From: Tubulanus polymorphus
Taxonomy: Eukaryota > Animalia > Nemertea
Reading direction: 5' to 3'
DNA length: 64,000 nucleotides
Assembly: GCF_964204645.1 (NCBI RefSeq)
Contig: NC_134026.1
Location: 13,514,050-13,578,049, forward strand
Positions 1 through 10,544 of this stretch are shown here, one piece after another; the stretch's first letter is position 1; each line of letters begins with the position of its first letter. The position numbers and the translations under genes were made by a program. The notes under the pieces are model-generated. The model searched no databases. It was given only the letters and a program-made list of their open reading frames with translations, and had not been told where the DNA came from.

Positions 1-334
1 ACTAACAAGCAATGGTTAGTTAGTTCCGAGGTTGTTAGAATGAGAATCTACTGTGTATATGTTTCATCGTAGAATCTATTTCACGCAAATGGGATAAACT
101 TTATACATATTTCTGGACCATGCTTTTCGTTACGTCAGTGCGCATACAATGCATCCAACGACTGGTCGCCCCGGGAATATCATTCATGAAAAACTAAAAT
201 TATCTTCGGCAAAAATTAGAAACAAGTGAATCTATATCGCCTTTAGTTAGCTTAATGACCTGACATATTTGAGCAATGTAATTCAATGTAATTGGTACCA
301 AAAAGAATTATACTTTTTGCAATCACACCCCTAA

Positions 335-3300
335 GTGATGAGAAACAACTCCTTCCGAGGAAAGATTATCCTTCAATAAAATGTCCTTGATCAGTGAAGA
401 AGAGACCCATCGAGCCACTGTGTCCCAAGAAACATCACCCTTCAGGTGATCCAGCAGCAGAAATAACCGCTCCTTCAAACCCCTTTGTGAAGCAGAGCGA
501 TCTAAATAGAAACGCAACGCCCATACAGGACATTACTTCCTGTCCGTAAGACCCGGTTCAACTCAATGTTTTAGGGCTTCAATTCGCCATTGACGATCAA
601 CCGAGCCTTTGCCTAAAACTCCAAAGCAGGCAGCAGCAAAGCAAATTCCTTCGCTGGCCCGGAGACAATATGACCTCGTCGAACTGAAAGTGCATGAATT
701 TCAGAACAACGGATCCGAGCAAGCCAAGAAAAGCAGGAATAGTGTCTTTTTGACAAATTCGCAAATGACGCTTCGGAAAGAGATTCAAATGGAGCCTCCA
801 TTAACTTCTTCAAAATTACATGGTGGAACTATTCTCGTTGCCTGAGGCCGGGAAATAGAAAACCCTGCAACAAGCTGGGATATCCGATGATCAGCTATTA
901 TGTTTGGCTGTCCAGAAGTACTCAATGTGTGGGAAATCACGGAGTGGTAACCTTTTATAGATATAACCTGCAGACCTTTTACTACAAATAGATGCAGTAA
1001 ACAAACCGACACACAGAGGGTGAGCATGAATCAATTTCCCCTGTAGCACACCAATCTGCAAAATGACCCCATTTGCAATCGTAAATGGTACTTGTCGATG
1101 GCCGCTTAGATCCTGTGATAAAAGGGGCAGCCTATTCTGAAAAGCCTGAAGATGACAAGGATCGCTGGACAATGGCCAGGCATGCAGATTAAACCACTTG
1201 CTGTTCCAGGATGATGCCGAAAGTTCCCCTCAGACAGAAGTGATGGGAAATTTGGAAGAATCCTGGTGTTGTCGCACAGTAGGTTGAGAAGTGGTAGGAA
1301 CCACTTCTGAGCTGGCCAACATGGTGCTACCAGAACTATGTTGCAATTGAATGATCTCTCAACTTGATCCAGCAGGCGCAGGAGGACTGGTGTGGGCGGG
1401 AACGCATACGCATGCATCCCCGACCAGTCCTGAGAAGGCAACAAGCCTTCAAGCTTCCACGTCCGGAAACGGGTAAACAAACAGTGAACACCTCCGATTG
1501 AACCGTTAGGAAAACAGATCCAGCCGCGGATTGCCAAACATGTCTCGAACCCGATTCGCTACTTCTTGGTGGAGAAACCATTCTGTCACAATAGCCTGAC
1601 CTCAGCGAGAAAGAGCATCGGCCATCAGGTTCCTTTTCCCTGCTTAATGTGCCACAGTCAGGGAAACGCCGGAAATTTATGTGGTTGGTGGCCTCGTAGC
1701 GAGACCACCTCCCCGCTTTGACTTGGTTCTTTAGATGCTCCCCCTACTGTTGGGGACTGGCATCCATGAATATATGAACTGGAGCCTCTAACGGGGCCAG
1801 AGATACCCTGCGACGAAGAATCGTAGTTGTCGCCCACCAATGAAGATCTGGAATTAGAGCGGTTGGAGGTACGGGAATCAAGGTTTCCCAGTCGCCCTTC
1901 GATTGAGACCAGAAGACCTTCCAATATTGTTGCAAGCACCTGTTTCTGAGGCGGCTTAATGGCACCACCAGACCCATGGAGCTGATGGAGCCTAGAAGCC
2001 GTGGCCAGTAACGAGCCGTTCTCGGGGTTGTGGGAACTCCCGCTACAGCTTCAAGAAGTTTGGCTACTCTCCACCCATGGACGGAAAGACTTTGCCGATT
2101 AGGAGATCGAAGTCCATGCCGAGATAAGTGAACTGTTGGGCCGGCGTCAACTGAGATTTTCACCTGTTTACGCGGAACCCTAGCTGATGGACTAAGTCCA
2201 AGACTGAGGTCATTGCCTCCCGACATTCTTGAGCCGAGTTAGCCACTTTTAACCAGTTGTCAGGGTAAACAAACTGTCGAACAGGACTGAAGTAGCTTCT
2301 GAATGGACTTAACCAACTTGGTAAAACCCACGGGGCCGTACTGAGGCCAAATAGAAGACACCTGAACTCGAACTGGCAGCCTTTCCACTTTAACCTGAGA
2401 AATAACCGAGATTTTGGGTGAATTGGAACCTGAAAATAAGCATCTTTCAGGTCCGATGAAGCTGCCATTGACCAGGACAGAGCCCTTAAATCACATCCCT
2501 GGGTTTGTCATCCAGAACCTTGGAATGTCTAGGTGCCGATTGAGGGATGACAGATCTATCACCATCCGTTGACCCCCTGTGGCCTTTGGTACCATGAATA
2601 TTCGAGAAAACCAGCCGGGAGAAGTTTCGTTGCAAACTGGTTCTATCGCTCCCATCTCTGCCAATTCCTTGAGAGCCAGACAGATTAAGGCCTCCTGACC
2701 TGGTTTTGGCCGCATGTCAGAGCTGACCTCATCAGGCGCGGTCGCCTTCGGAAACGGCAGCCCGCTACAAACTCCCACTGGTGCCAAAATTCATTTCGAG
2801 TTTTTCCGAAAGGAAGAGCCCCTTTTTGGAGCCTTGCCCTTGCCCCGATACGAACCGGAACTGATATGACCGGACGAGGCTTGATACGATTGATGGAGCT
2901 GTGCGCTAGTTCTCCAACCGGCATCTGTAGCCGCCTGAGACAGTGCCGAAGTTTGAGTTGGTGCTGTTTGAGTCCTTTCCGGACCAAGAATGCTTTTTCC
3001 ACGGAGTCCGGATGGTGGATTTGGTCTGGACCTCCCGAATCTTCCTCAGCTTGGCGGAAACAACGGAGCCCACCAACTGGAGAAGAGACACGAAGACGTC
3101 CCCAATGGAGCTCTCAGTAATGAATTGGACACTATATCTGGTAGATGAGTTTTGGAACTGGAGTCCTTAACTGACTGACAGGAGGCTTACACAAGATTAG
3201 CCTGACCCCAAACCGACAACGGAATGACACAAAAGATTGATTAATCCGGTCCATTCCCTCTAGTTTTAGGGCAACTGATGAGAGTTTAGCAAAGCTCGCC

Positions 3301-3532
3301 CCCAACACCTTAAGTGCCATATCCTGAAACGAACCAACCATGGTAAGATTCACCAGGATTGACGTCATGGCAACCAAACCGGACTTAGGCAAACGAATAC
3401 CCGACTGTGCTGAACCAGTATTCGCGCTGATCAAAGTATAATCAGCATCCAGGCAGCTATGACTATGATCCACAGTGCCTGGAGTTGCATAATATGCCGA
3501 GCGAAATGCACTTATAGGCAGAACGGTTGAAC
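335..3532 (-). mobile_element. Degenerate, truncated DIRS (tyrosine-recombinase) retrotransposon: gag C-term, RT, RNase H, MT-like and YR fragments
   Basis: Frameshifted ORF pieces with RT motifs (FSRIFMVPKATGG, DLKDAYFQVPI, FGLSTAP), RNase H (IFMDAS), MT-like DWSGMHAYAFPP and YR (RLFLLLDH...DTVARWV). Colinear with the copy at 49746-59342. Confidence 0.92.
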
Positions 3533-4000
3533 GGTTGTGGCTATACGACAAACTAACCACAAGAAGATTTCTGTGTTTCTGCTTCTTTATTGCTGTTTCT
3601 GATGTGTCTAAATTTCGACTTTTGAACTGCTCTAATATACTAAATTCTTATCATTTTATCTTCAAAACCTATTATCACTAATTATATTAAACATTCATCA
3701 TCATGTGAATTCGTCAGAAAGTCTAGATAAAGTGTAGCGCAGGTTTTAAAATGTCATTAGTCTAATCAATGAAAGTTTTACATGTTACACTTGTTCGCTT
3801 CTCAACATTCTCCGCTTCCTGATAATCCTACGGATTATCATGTTTTTAATCTAAAATTTCAGCAATCAATTCAGCTAAAATACAATTATATACATATTTA
3901 TGAAATAAATTCTACACATGTTTTACAAATCTAAAATTCTAGTTACTAATAAACATGTAATTTTAATCCTTTTAAATGAATCAATAATAATCTACAATTG

Positions 4001-4385
4001 CTACTCGGTAGTTTCTATCGGACATAATTTTGCAATTGGTCTAACCAATGTTGTTTTACCAACTTGTAACTTAACTACTCGAACATGCCCGTCTTTCCCT
4101 GGAAAGATCTCTAACACGCGCCCTAAAGGCCATTTACCCCTTGGTGTATCTGACGATATTACTAAAACGACATCCCCGACTTTAAAATCTCGTTTAGTAT
4201 CAGTCCATTTTTTGCGCGAATTCAACTGTGGTAACCATTCTCTCATCCATCTTTGCCAAAAATGTTTCATAAGTTCTTAGACACGTCGCCATCTTCTTCG
4301 TAGACTGAAATCCGTTTCATCTACAGTATCTGGCGCGAACTCACCTCCCATTTGACCGAACAAGAAATGATTTGGTGTCAACGGA
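4001..4385 (-). pseudogene. BEL/Pao integrase C-terminal fragment
   Basis: PLTPNHFLFGQ...FWQRWMREWLPQL...KVGDVVLV...PRGKWPLGRVLEIFPGKDGHVRVVKL...RPIAKLCPIE, with one stop. Cut off exactly at the palindromic element's left end. Confidence 0.9.
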
Positions 4386-4470
4386 AGTAATTAGAAAAGT
4401 AGGCTTTCATACCAGAGGGCGTGAGGGCGAGACACCACTCATCACCACAAGTAATTTTTTTTCCTAATAA

Positions 4471-4617
4471 ATGGGAGACAGTGAGTTCCAACTAGAAAAC
4501 AATAATGTCAATAAAAATCAATATTATTGTCAATATTGTAAAAAATACATCGATAAACCTTACATGGAAAATGTTAGAAATTATATTGATTCACTAGAAA
4601 TAAAAGATACAAATTAA
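4471..4617 (+). CDS. 48-aa ORF with CxxC (YYCQYCKKYID), probable truncated zinc finger
   Basis: Hand translation: MGDSEFQLENNNVNKNQYYCQYCKKYIDKPYMENVRNYIDSLEIKDTN*. TAAATG start; followed by a T-tract. Confidence 0.45.
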   Translation: MGDSEFQLENNNVNKNQYYCQYCKKYIDKPYMENVRNYIDSLEIKDTN

Positions 4618-4693
4618 ATTTTTTTTTGTTGCTTTTTTCCAAAAATAAACACACTTTTTAATATAAAAGCGCTAATAAAATGATAAAATTGTT

Positions 4694-5054
4694 CAATATT
4701 AAAAGTGTGAGTAAAGTGTGAGTAAAATAATTTAGATTTTCAATATTAAAAGTGTGAGTAAAGTGTGAGTAAAATAATAAAATTGTTCAATATTAAAAGT
4801 GTGAGTAAAGTGTGAGTAAAATAATAAAATTGTTCAATATTAAAAGTGTGAGTAAAGTGTGAGTAAAATAATTTAGATTTTCAATATTAAAAGTGTGAGT
4901 AAAGTGTGAGTAAAATAATAAAATTGTTCAATATTAAAAGTGTGAGTAAAGTGTGAGTAAAATAATTGAGATTTTCAATATTAAAAGTGTGAGTAAAGTG
5001 TGAGTAAAATAATTGAGATTTTCAATATTAAAAGTGTGAGTAAAGTGTGAGTAA
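4694..5054 (+). repeat. 47-bp tandem repeat, 8 units (CAATATTAAAAGTGTGAGTAAAGTGTGAGTAAAATAA...)
   Basis: Unit starts at 4694, 4741, 4788, 4835, 4882, 4929, 4976, 5023; internal GTGTGAGTAAA dimer. Confidence 0.95.
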
Positions 5055-5070
5055 TAATTTTGTTATAAAA

Positions 5071-5727
5071 ATGAAGAAAGAAGAACCCAACTTCAAAATC
5101 GAAATCAATGAAACCAATAAATCATTTTCACAGTTTAACATTAGAAATTATATTTCAGCAACAAATTTAGTATATGGAAGACAATATAAAATTGATAATA
5201 TTACTGTAATTAATCAAATATTATTAAATGAAACATATTTAATTACTGAACTAATAGATACTTTAGATAATGGCGCCAAAAATCCTAAAATATTTAATAC
5301 AGTTTTAAATTATAAAGGTAATTTAGATGAAAACATAATAAATATTCTTAAATTTCCTTTTAATGAAAGAGAAAGTGATATAATACTTTCAAAAGGTAAT
5401 GATAGGATAGACTTAAGAATTGAAAAACGACAATTATATTATTGTAATTTTGATAATAAACAAATTATTTATAATGAAAATACATCAAATATTGAAATTC
5501 AATGTGATTTAGAAAACAATAATTCTTTTAAAGATATTGCAATTCAGTGTGATTTAGAAAATAGTAAATCTTTTAAACATATCGCAATTCAATGTGATTT
5601 AGAAAATGAATTCAAAAGATTTAATCCTAATGAAAAAATTCATTGTTATTGCGGAGGTAAATATTCAAAATCACATAAATCAAAGCATTACCAAACAATT
5701 AAACATAAAAACTGGTGTAAAGAGTAA
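5071..5727 (+). CDS. 218-aa protein with three IxIQCDLEN repeats and a C-terminal CxCGGKY..H..H zinc-finger-like motif
   Basis: Open in both arms. First ATG is 5071 (track start 5047 is a GTG inside the repeat). C-term CYCGGKYSKSHKSKHYQTIKH resembles small ZnF motifs of large-DNA-virus/Polinton proteins (recognition from memory). Confidence 0.75.
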   Translation: MKKEEPNFKIEINETNKSFSQFNIRNYISATNLVYGRQYKIDNITVINQILLNETYLITELIDTLDNGAKNPKIFNTVLNYKGNLDENIINILKFPFNERESDIILSKGNDRIDLRIEKRQLYYCNFDNKQIIYNENTSNIEIQCDLENNNSFKDIAIQCDLENSKSFKHIAIQCDLENEFKRFNPNEKIHCYCGGKYSKSHKSKHYQTIKHKNWCKE

Positions 5728-5785
5728 CGATTCTACATTATAATTATTGAATTGAGTTAAATGATTTAAATATCTAATAGACTGC

Positions 5786-6480
5786 TAAAATGATAAATTG
5801 TTTGACAGTTGAAATGATAAATTGTTTGACAGTTAAAATGATAAATTGTTTGACAGTTGAAATGATAAATTGTTTGACAGTTAAAATGATAAATTGTTTG
5901 ACAGTTGAAATGATAAATTGTTTGACAGTTGAAATGATAAATTGTTTGACAGTTGAAATGATAAATATTTTGACAGTTGAAATGATAAATATTTTAACAG
6001 TTGAAATGATAAATTGTTTGACAGTTGAAATGTTAAATTGTTTGACAGTTGAAATGATAAATTGTTTGACAGTTGAAATGATAAATTGTTTGACAGTTGA
6101 AATGATAAATTGTTTGACAGTTGAAATGATAAATTGTTTGACAGTTGAAATGATAAATTGTTTGACAGTTGAAATGATTTGACAGTTGAAATGATAAATT
6201 CTTTGACAGTTGAAATGATAAATTGTTTGACAGTTGAAATGATAAATTGTTCGACTGTTGAAATGATTTGACAGTTGAAATGATAAATTGTTTGACAGTT
6301 GAAATGATAAATTGTTTGACAGTTGAAATGATAAATTGTTTGACAGTTGAAATGATAAATTGTTTGACAGTTGAAATGATTTGACAGTTGAAATAATAAA
6401 TTGTTTGACAGTTGAAATGATAAATTGTTTGACAGTTGAAATGATAAATTGTTTGATAGTTGAAATGATAAATTGTTTAG
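5786..6480 (+). repeat. 24-bp minisatellite (TTGAAATGATAAATTGTTTGACAG), about 29 units
   Basis: Directly visible; occasional shortened units. Confidence 0.95.
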
Positions 6481-6602
6481 CTGTAAATTTAATTGTTATT
6501 TGATTTAATCATTTAAAAGTTTAATATTTTAAAAATGATTTTAAAATATTTAAATAAAAACAAGCAAATGTTTATTAATTTTCTAATTTCTTTCTTAAAT
6601 AA

Positions 6603-6821
6603 ATGGATGGTTTCATTCCAACTGGGAAAAGTGATTTAAAACATTATTTAGTTGCTGGAGGTTTAATTTTAGCTGCGCTTTACTTTTATTATGAAAATAT
6701 TTCAAAAGATTTAATAAATGAAAATAATGAATTAAGCAAGAAATTAAAGAAGTTAAATACTAAAAATGGAAATAATTATAAAAACGGTAATAATCACAAG
6801 AAAGTTGTTGAATCAGATTAA
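6603..6821 (+). CDS. 72-aa small membrane protein (one TM helix plus basic coiled tail)
   Basis: HYLVAGGLILAALYFYY hydrophobic segment; TAAATG start; open in both arms. Confidence 0.6.
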   Translation: MDGFIPTGKSDLKHYLVAGGLILAALYFYYENISKDLINENNELSKKLKKLNTKNGNNYKNGNNHKKVVESD

Positions 6822-6857
6822 ATAGTGAATTAATCTATTAAAATCTTTTCTTATTAA

Positions 6858-7139
6858 ATGAGTGAAAATATATTAAATTTGTTAAATCTTATTTACAGAA
6901 ATCAAGAGAAAATGAAATTAATTATGATGATTTCAGGGTTACTTTCATTTTCAGTTTATAGTTTGAAACAATTGTTTCATTTTTATGATGATTGTAAAAT
7001 AAAATATATTGAATTGAAAAATAATATCAATTACATTTCAGATAGAATGAATAATATTAAAAGATGCGAAATTTGTAGTAAAAAATACAAGACGGAAAAA
7101 GGATTTAGAAATCATAAAATTGGGCATAAATTGGAATGA
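6858..7139 (+). CDS. 93-aa protein with hydrophobic segment and C-terminal C2H2 zinc finger
   Basis: CEICSKKYKTEKGFRNHKIGH = C-x2-C-x12-H-x3-H; TAAATG start; identical protein in the other arm. Confidence 0.75.
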   Translation: MSENILNLLNLIYRNQEKMKLIMMISGLLSFSVYSLKQLFHFYDDCKIKYIELKNNINYISDRMNNIKRCEICSKKYKTEKGFRNHKIGHKLE

Positions 7140-7274
7140 TTAAATAACAAATTAAAGTAAAGAATTTAAAAAAAATCTCATTTATTGTGTGAAATTGACT
7201 AAAATTGAACTAAAATAGACAACTTTGTTAATCTAATGAAAGTTAAGTTATATTTTAGTTGAATTGTAATTAAA

Positions 7275-7563
7275 GTTAGTTGCAACTAACTTCAACTAGA
7301 ATTTAACTAGAATTGACTAAAAATACACTAAATCAACTGTCTTGTTAATCTTTTTAATTTTTTATTCAATTCTAGTTAAATTCTAGTTGAAGTTAGTTGC
7401 AACTAACTTCAACTAGAATTTAACTAGACTGTTAGTTGCAACTAACTTCAACTAGAATTTAACTAGAATTGAATAAAAAATTAAAAAGATTAACAAGACA
7501 GTTGATTTAGTGTATATTTAGTCAATTCTAGTTAAATTCTAGTTGAAGTTAGTTGCAACTAAC
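7275..7563. other. Central nested-palindrome/hairpin junction of the fold-back element
   Basis: Self-complementary 16-mer GTTAGTTGCAACTAAC at 7275, 7392, 7431 and 7548; perfect 58-bp palindrome at 7371-7428. Confidence 0.9.
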
Positions 7564-7698
7564 TTTAATTACAATTCAACTAAAATATAACTTAACTTTC
7601 ATTAGATTAACAAAGTTGTCTATTTTAGTTCAATTTTAGTCAATTTCACACAATAAATGAGATTTTTTTTAAATTCTTTACTTTAATTTGTTATTTAA

Positions 7699-7980
7699 TC
7701 ATTCCAATTTATGCCCAATTTTATGATTTCTAAATCCTTTTTCCGTCTTGTATTTTTTACTACAAATTTCGCATCTTTTAATATTATTCATTCTATCTGA
7801 AATGTAATTGATATTATTTTTCAATTCAATATATTTTATTTTACAATCATCATAAAAATGAAACAATTGTTTCAAACTATAAACTGAAAATGAAAGTAAC
7901 CCTGAAATCATCATAATTAATTTCATTTTCTCTTGATTTCTGTAAATAAGATTTAACAAATTTAATATATTTTCACTCAT
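7699..7980 (-). CDS. 93-aa C2H2 zinc-finger protein (mirror copy)
   Basis: Identical translation to 6858-7139. Confidence 0.75.
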   Translation of the reverse strand: MSENILNLLNLIYRNQEKMKLIMMISGLLSFSVYSLKQLFHFYDDCKIKYIELKNNINYISDRMNNIKRCEICSKKYKTEKGFRNHKIGHKLE

Positions 7981-8016
7981 TTAATAAGAAAAGATTTTAA
8001 TAGATTAATTCACTAT

Positions 8017-8235
8017 TTAATCTGATTCAACAACTTTCTTGTGATTATTACCGTTTTTATAATTATTTCCATTTTTAGTATTTAACTTCTTTAATTTCTT
8101 GCTTAATTTATTATTTTCATTTATTAAATGTTTTGAAATATTTTCATAATAAAAGTAAAGCGCAGCTAAAATTAAACCTCCAGCAACTAAATAATGTTTT
8201 AAATCACTTTTCCCAGTTGGAATGAAACCATCCAT
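8017..8235 (-). CDS. 72-aa small membrane protein (mirror copy)
   Basis: Two amino-acid differences (D>H, E>K) from 6603-6821. Confidence 0.6.
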   Translation of the reverse strand: MDGFIPTGKSDLKHYLVAGGLILAALYFYYENISKHLINENNKLSKKLKKLNTKNGNNYKNGNNHKKVVESD

Positions 8236-8357
8236 TTATTTAAGAAAGAAATTAGAAAATTAATAAACATTTGCTTGTTTTTATTTAAATATTTTAAAAT
8301 CATTTTTAAAATATTAAACTTTTAAATGATTAAATCAAATAACAATTAAATTTACAG

Positions 8358-9800
8358 CTAAACAATTTATTATTTCAACTGTCAAACAATTTATCATTTC
8401 AACTGTCAAACAATTTATCATTTCAACTGTCTAACAATTTATTATTTCAACTGTCTTATCATTTCAACAGTCGAACAATTTATCATTTCAACTGTCAAAC
8501 AATTTATCATTTCAACTGTCAAACAATTTATCATTTCAACTGTCAAACAATTTATCATTTCAACTGTCAAACAATTTATCATTTCAACTGTCAAACAATT
8601 TATCATTTCAACTGTCGAACAATTTATCATTTCAGCTTTCAAACAATTTATCATTTCAACTGTTAAACAATTTATTATTTCAACTGTCAAATCATTTCAA
8701 CAGTCGAACAATTTATCATTTCAACTGTCAAATCATTTCAACAGTCGAACAATTTATCATTTCAACTGTCAAACAATTTATCATTTCAACTGTCAAACAA
8801 TTTATCATTTCAACTGTCAAACAATTTATCATTTCAACTGTCAAACAATTTATCATTTCAACTGTCAAAGAATTTATCATTTCAACTGTCAAAGAATTTA
8901 TCATTTCAACTGTCAAACAATTTATTATTTCAACTGTCTTATCATTTCAACTGTTAAAATATTTATCATTTCAACTGTCAAAATATTTATCATTTCAACC
9001 GCCAAACAATTTATCATTTCAACTGTCAAACAATTTATCATTTCAACAGTCGAACAATTTATCATTTCAACTGTCAAACAATTTATCATTTCAACTGTCA
9101 AACAATTTATCATTTCAACTGTCAAACAATTTATCATTTCAACTGTCGAACAATTTATCATTTCAGCTTTCAAACAATTTATCATTTCAACTGTTAAACA
9201 ATTTATTATTTCAACTGTCAAATCATTTCAACAGTCGAACAATTTATCATTTCAACTGTCAAACAATTTATCATTTCAACTGTCAAATCATTTCAACAGT
9301 CAAAGAATTTATCATTTCAACTGTCAAACAATTTATCATTTCAACTGTTAAACAATTTATCATTTCAACTGTCAAACAATTTATCATTTCAACTGTCAAA
9401 CAATTTATCATTTCAACTGTCAAACAATTTATCATTTCAGCTTTCAAACAATTTATCATTTCAACTGTTAAACAATTTATCATTTCAACTGTCAAACAAT
9501 TTATCATTTCAACTGTCAAACAATTTATCATTTCAACTGTCAAACAATTTATCATTTCAACTGTCAAACAATTTATCATTTCAACTGTCAAACAATTTAT
9601 CATTTCAACTGTCAAACAATTTATCATTTCAACTGTCAAACATTTTATCTTTTCAACAGTCGAACAATTTATCATTTCAACTGTCAAACAATTTATCATT
9701 TCAACTGTCAAATCATTTCAACAGTCAAAGAATTTATCATTTCAACTGTCAAACAATTTATCATTTTAACAGCCAAACAATTTATTACTTCAACAGTCTA
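8358..9800 (-). repeat. 24-bp minisatellite, about 60 units (mirror array, expanded)
   Basis: Reverse complement of the 5786-6480 unit; roughly twice as long, with higher-order duplicated blocks. Confidence 0.95.
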
Positions 9801-9871
9801 TTAGATATTTAAATCATTTAACTAAATTCAATAATTATTTGACTATTTAATTTATTTTCAATGTAGAATTG

Positions 9872-10528
9872 TTACTCTTTACACCAGTTTTTATGTTTAA
9901 TTGTTTGGTAATGTTTTGATTTATGTGATTTTGAATATTTACCTCCGCAATAACAATGAATTTTTTCATTAGGATTAAATCTTTTGAATTCATTTTCTAA
10001 ATCACATTGAATTGCGATATGTTTAAAAGATTTACTATTTTCTAAATCACCCTGAATTGCAATATCTTTAAAAGAATTATTGTTTTCTAAATCACATTGA
10101 ATTTCAATATTTGATGTATTTTCATTATAAATAATTTGTTTATTATCAAAATTACAATAATATAATTGTCGTTTTTCAATTCTTAAGTCTATCCTATCAT
10201 TACCTTTTGAAAGTATTATATCACTTTCTCTTTCATTAAAAGGAAATTTAAGAATATTTATTATGTTTTCATCTAAATTACCTTTATAATTTAAAACTGT
10301 ATTAAATATTTTAGGATTTTTGGCGCCATTATCTAAAGTATCTATTAGTTCAGTAATTAAATATGTTTCATTTAATAATATTTGATTAATTACAGTAATA
10401 TTATCAATTTTATATTGTCTTCCATATACTAAATTTGTTGCTGAAATATAATTTCTAATGTTAAACTGTGAAAATGATTTATTGGTTTCATTGATTTCGA
10501 TTTTGAAGTTGGGTTCTTCTTTCTTCAT
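9872..10528 (-). CDS. 218-aa IQCD-repeat / zinc-finger protein (mirror copy)
   Basis: One amino-acid change (IQCD>IQGD) relative to 5071-5727. Confidence 0.75.
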   Translation of the reverse strand: MKKEEPNFKIEINETNKSFSQFNIRNYISATNLVYGRQYKIDNITVINQILLNETYLITELIDTLDNGAKNPKIFNTVLNYKGNLDENIINILKFPFNERESDIILSKGNDRIDLRIEKRQLYYCNFDNKQIIYNENTSNIEIQCDLENNNSFKDIAIQGDLENSKSFKHIAIQCDLENEFKRFNPNEKIHCYCGGKYSKSHKSKHYQTIKHKNWCKE

Positions 10529-10544
10529 TTTTATAACAAAATTA

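Noticed and set aside
4694-6480. CRISPR-like arrays
   Set aside because: Head-to-tail repeats with no unique spacers, no cas genes, eukaryotic context.
7351-7381. Poxvirus concatemer resolution consensus (T6-N7-9-YAAAW)
   Set aside because: Spacing between the T6 run and TAAAT is 13 nt, outside the consensus.
5790-9711. (MINCLTVE)n ORFs as repeat proteins
   Set aside because: By-product of a stop-free 24-bp unit; frames are broken at different places in the two arms by shortened units.
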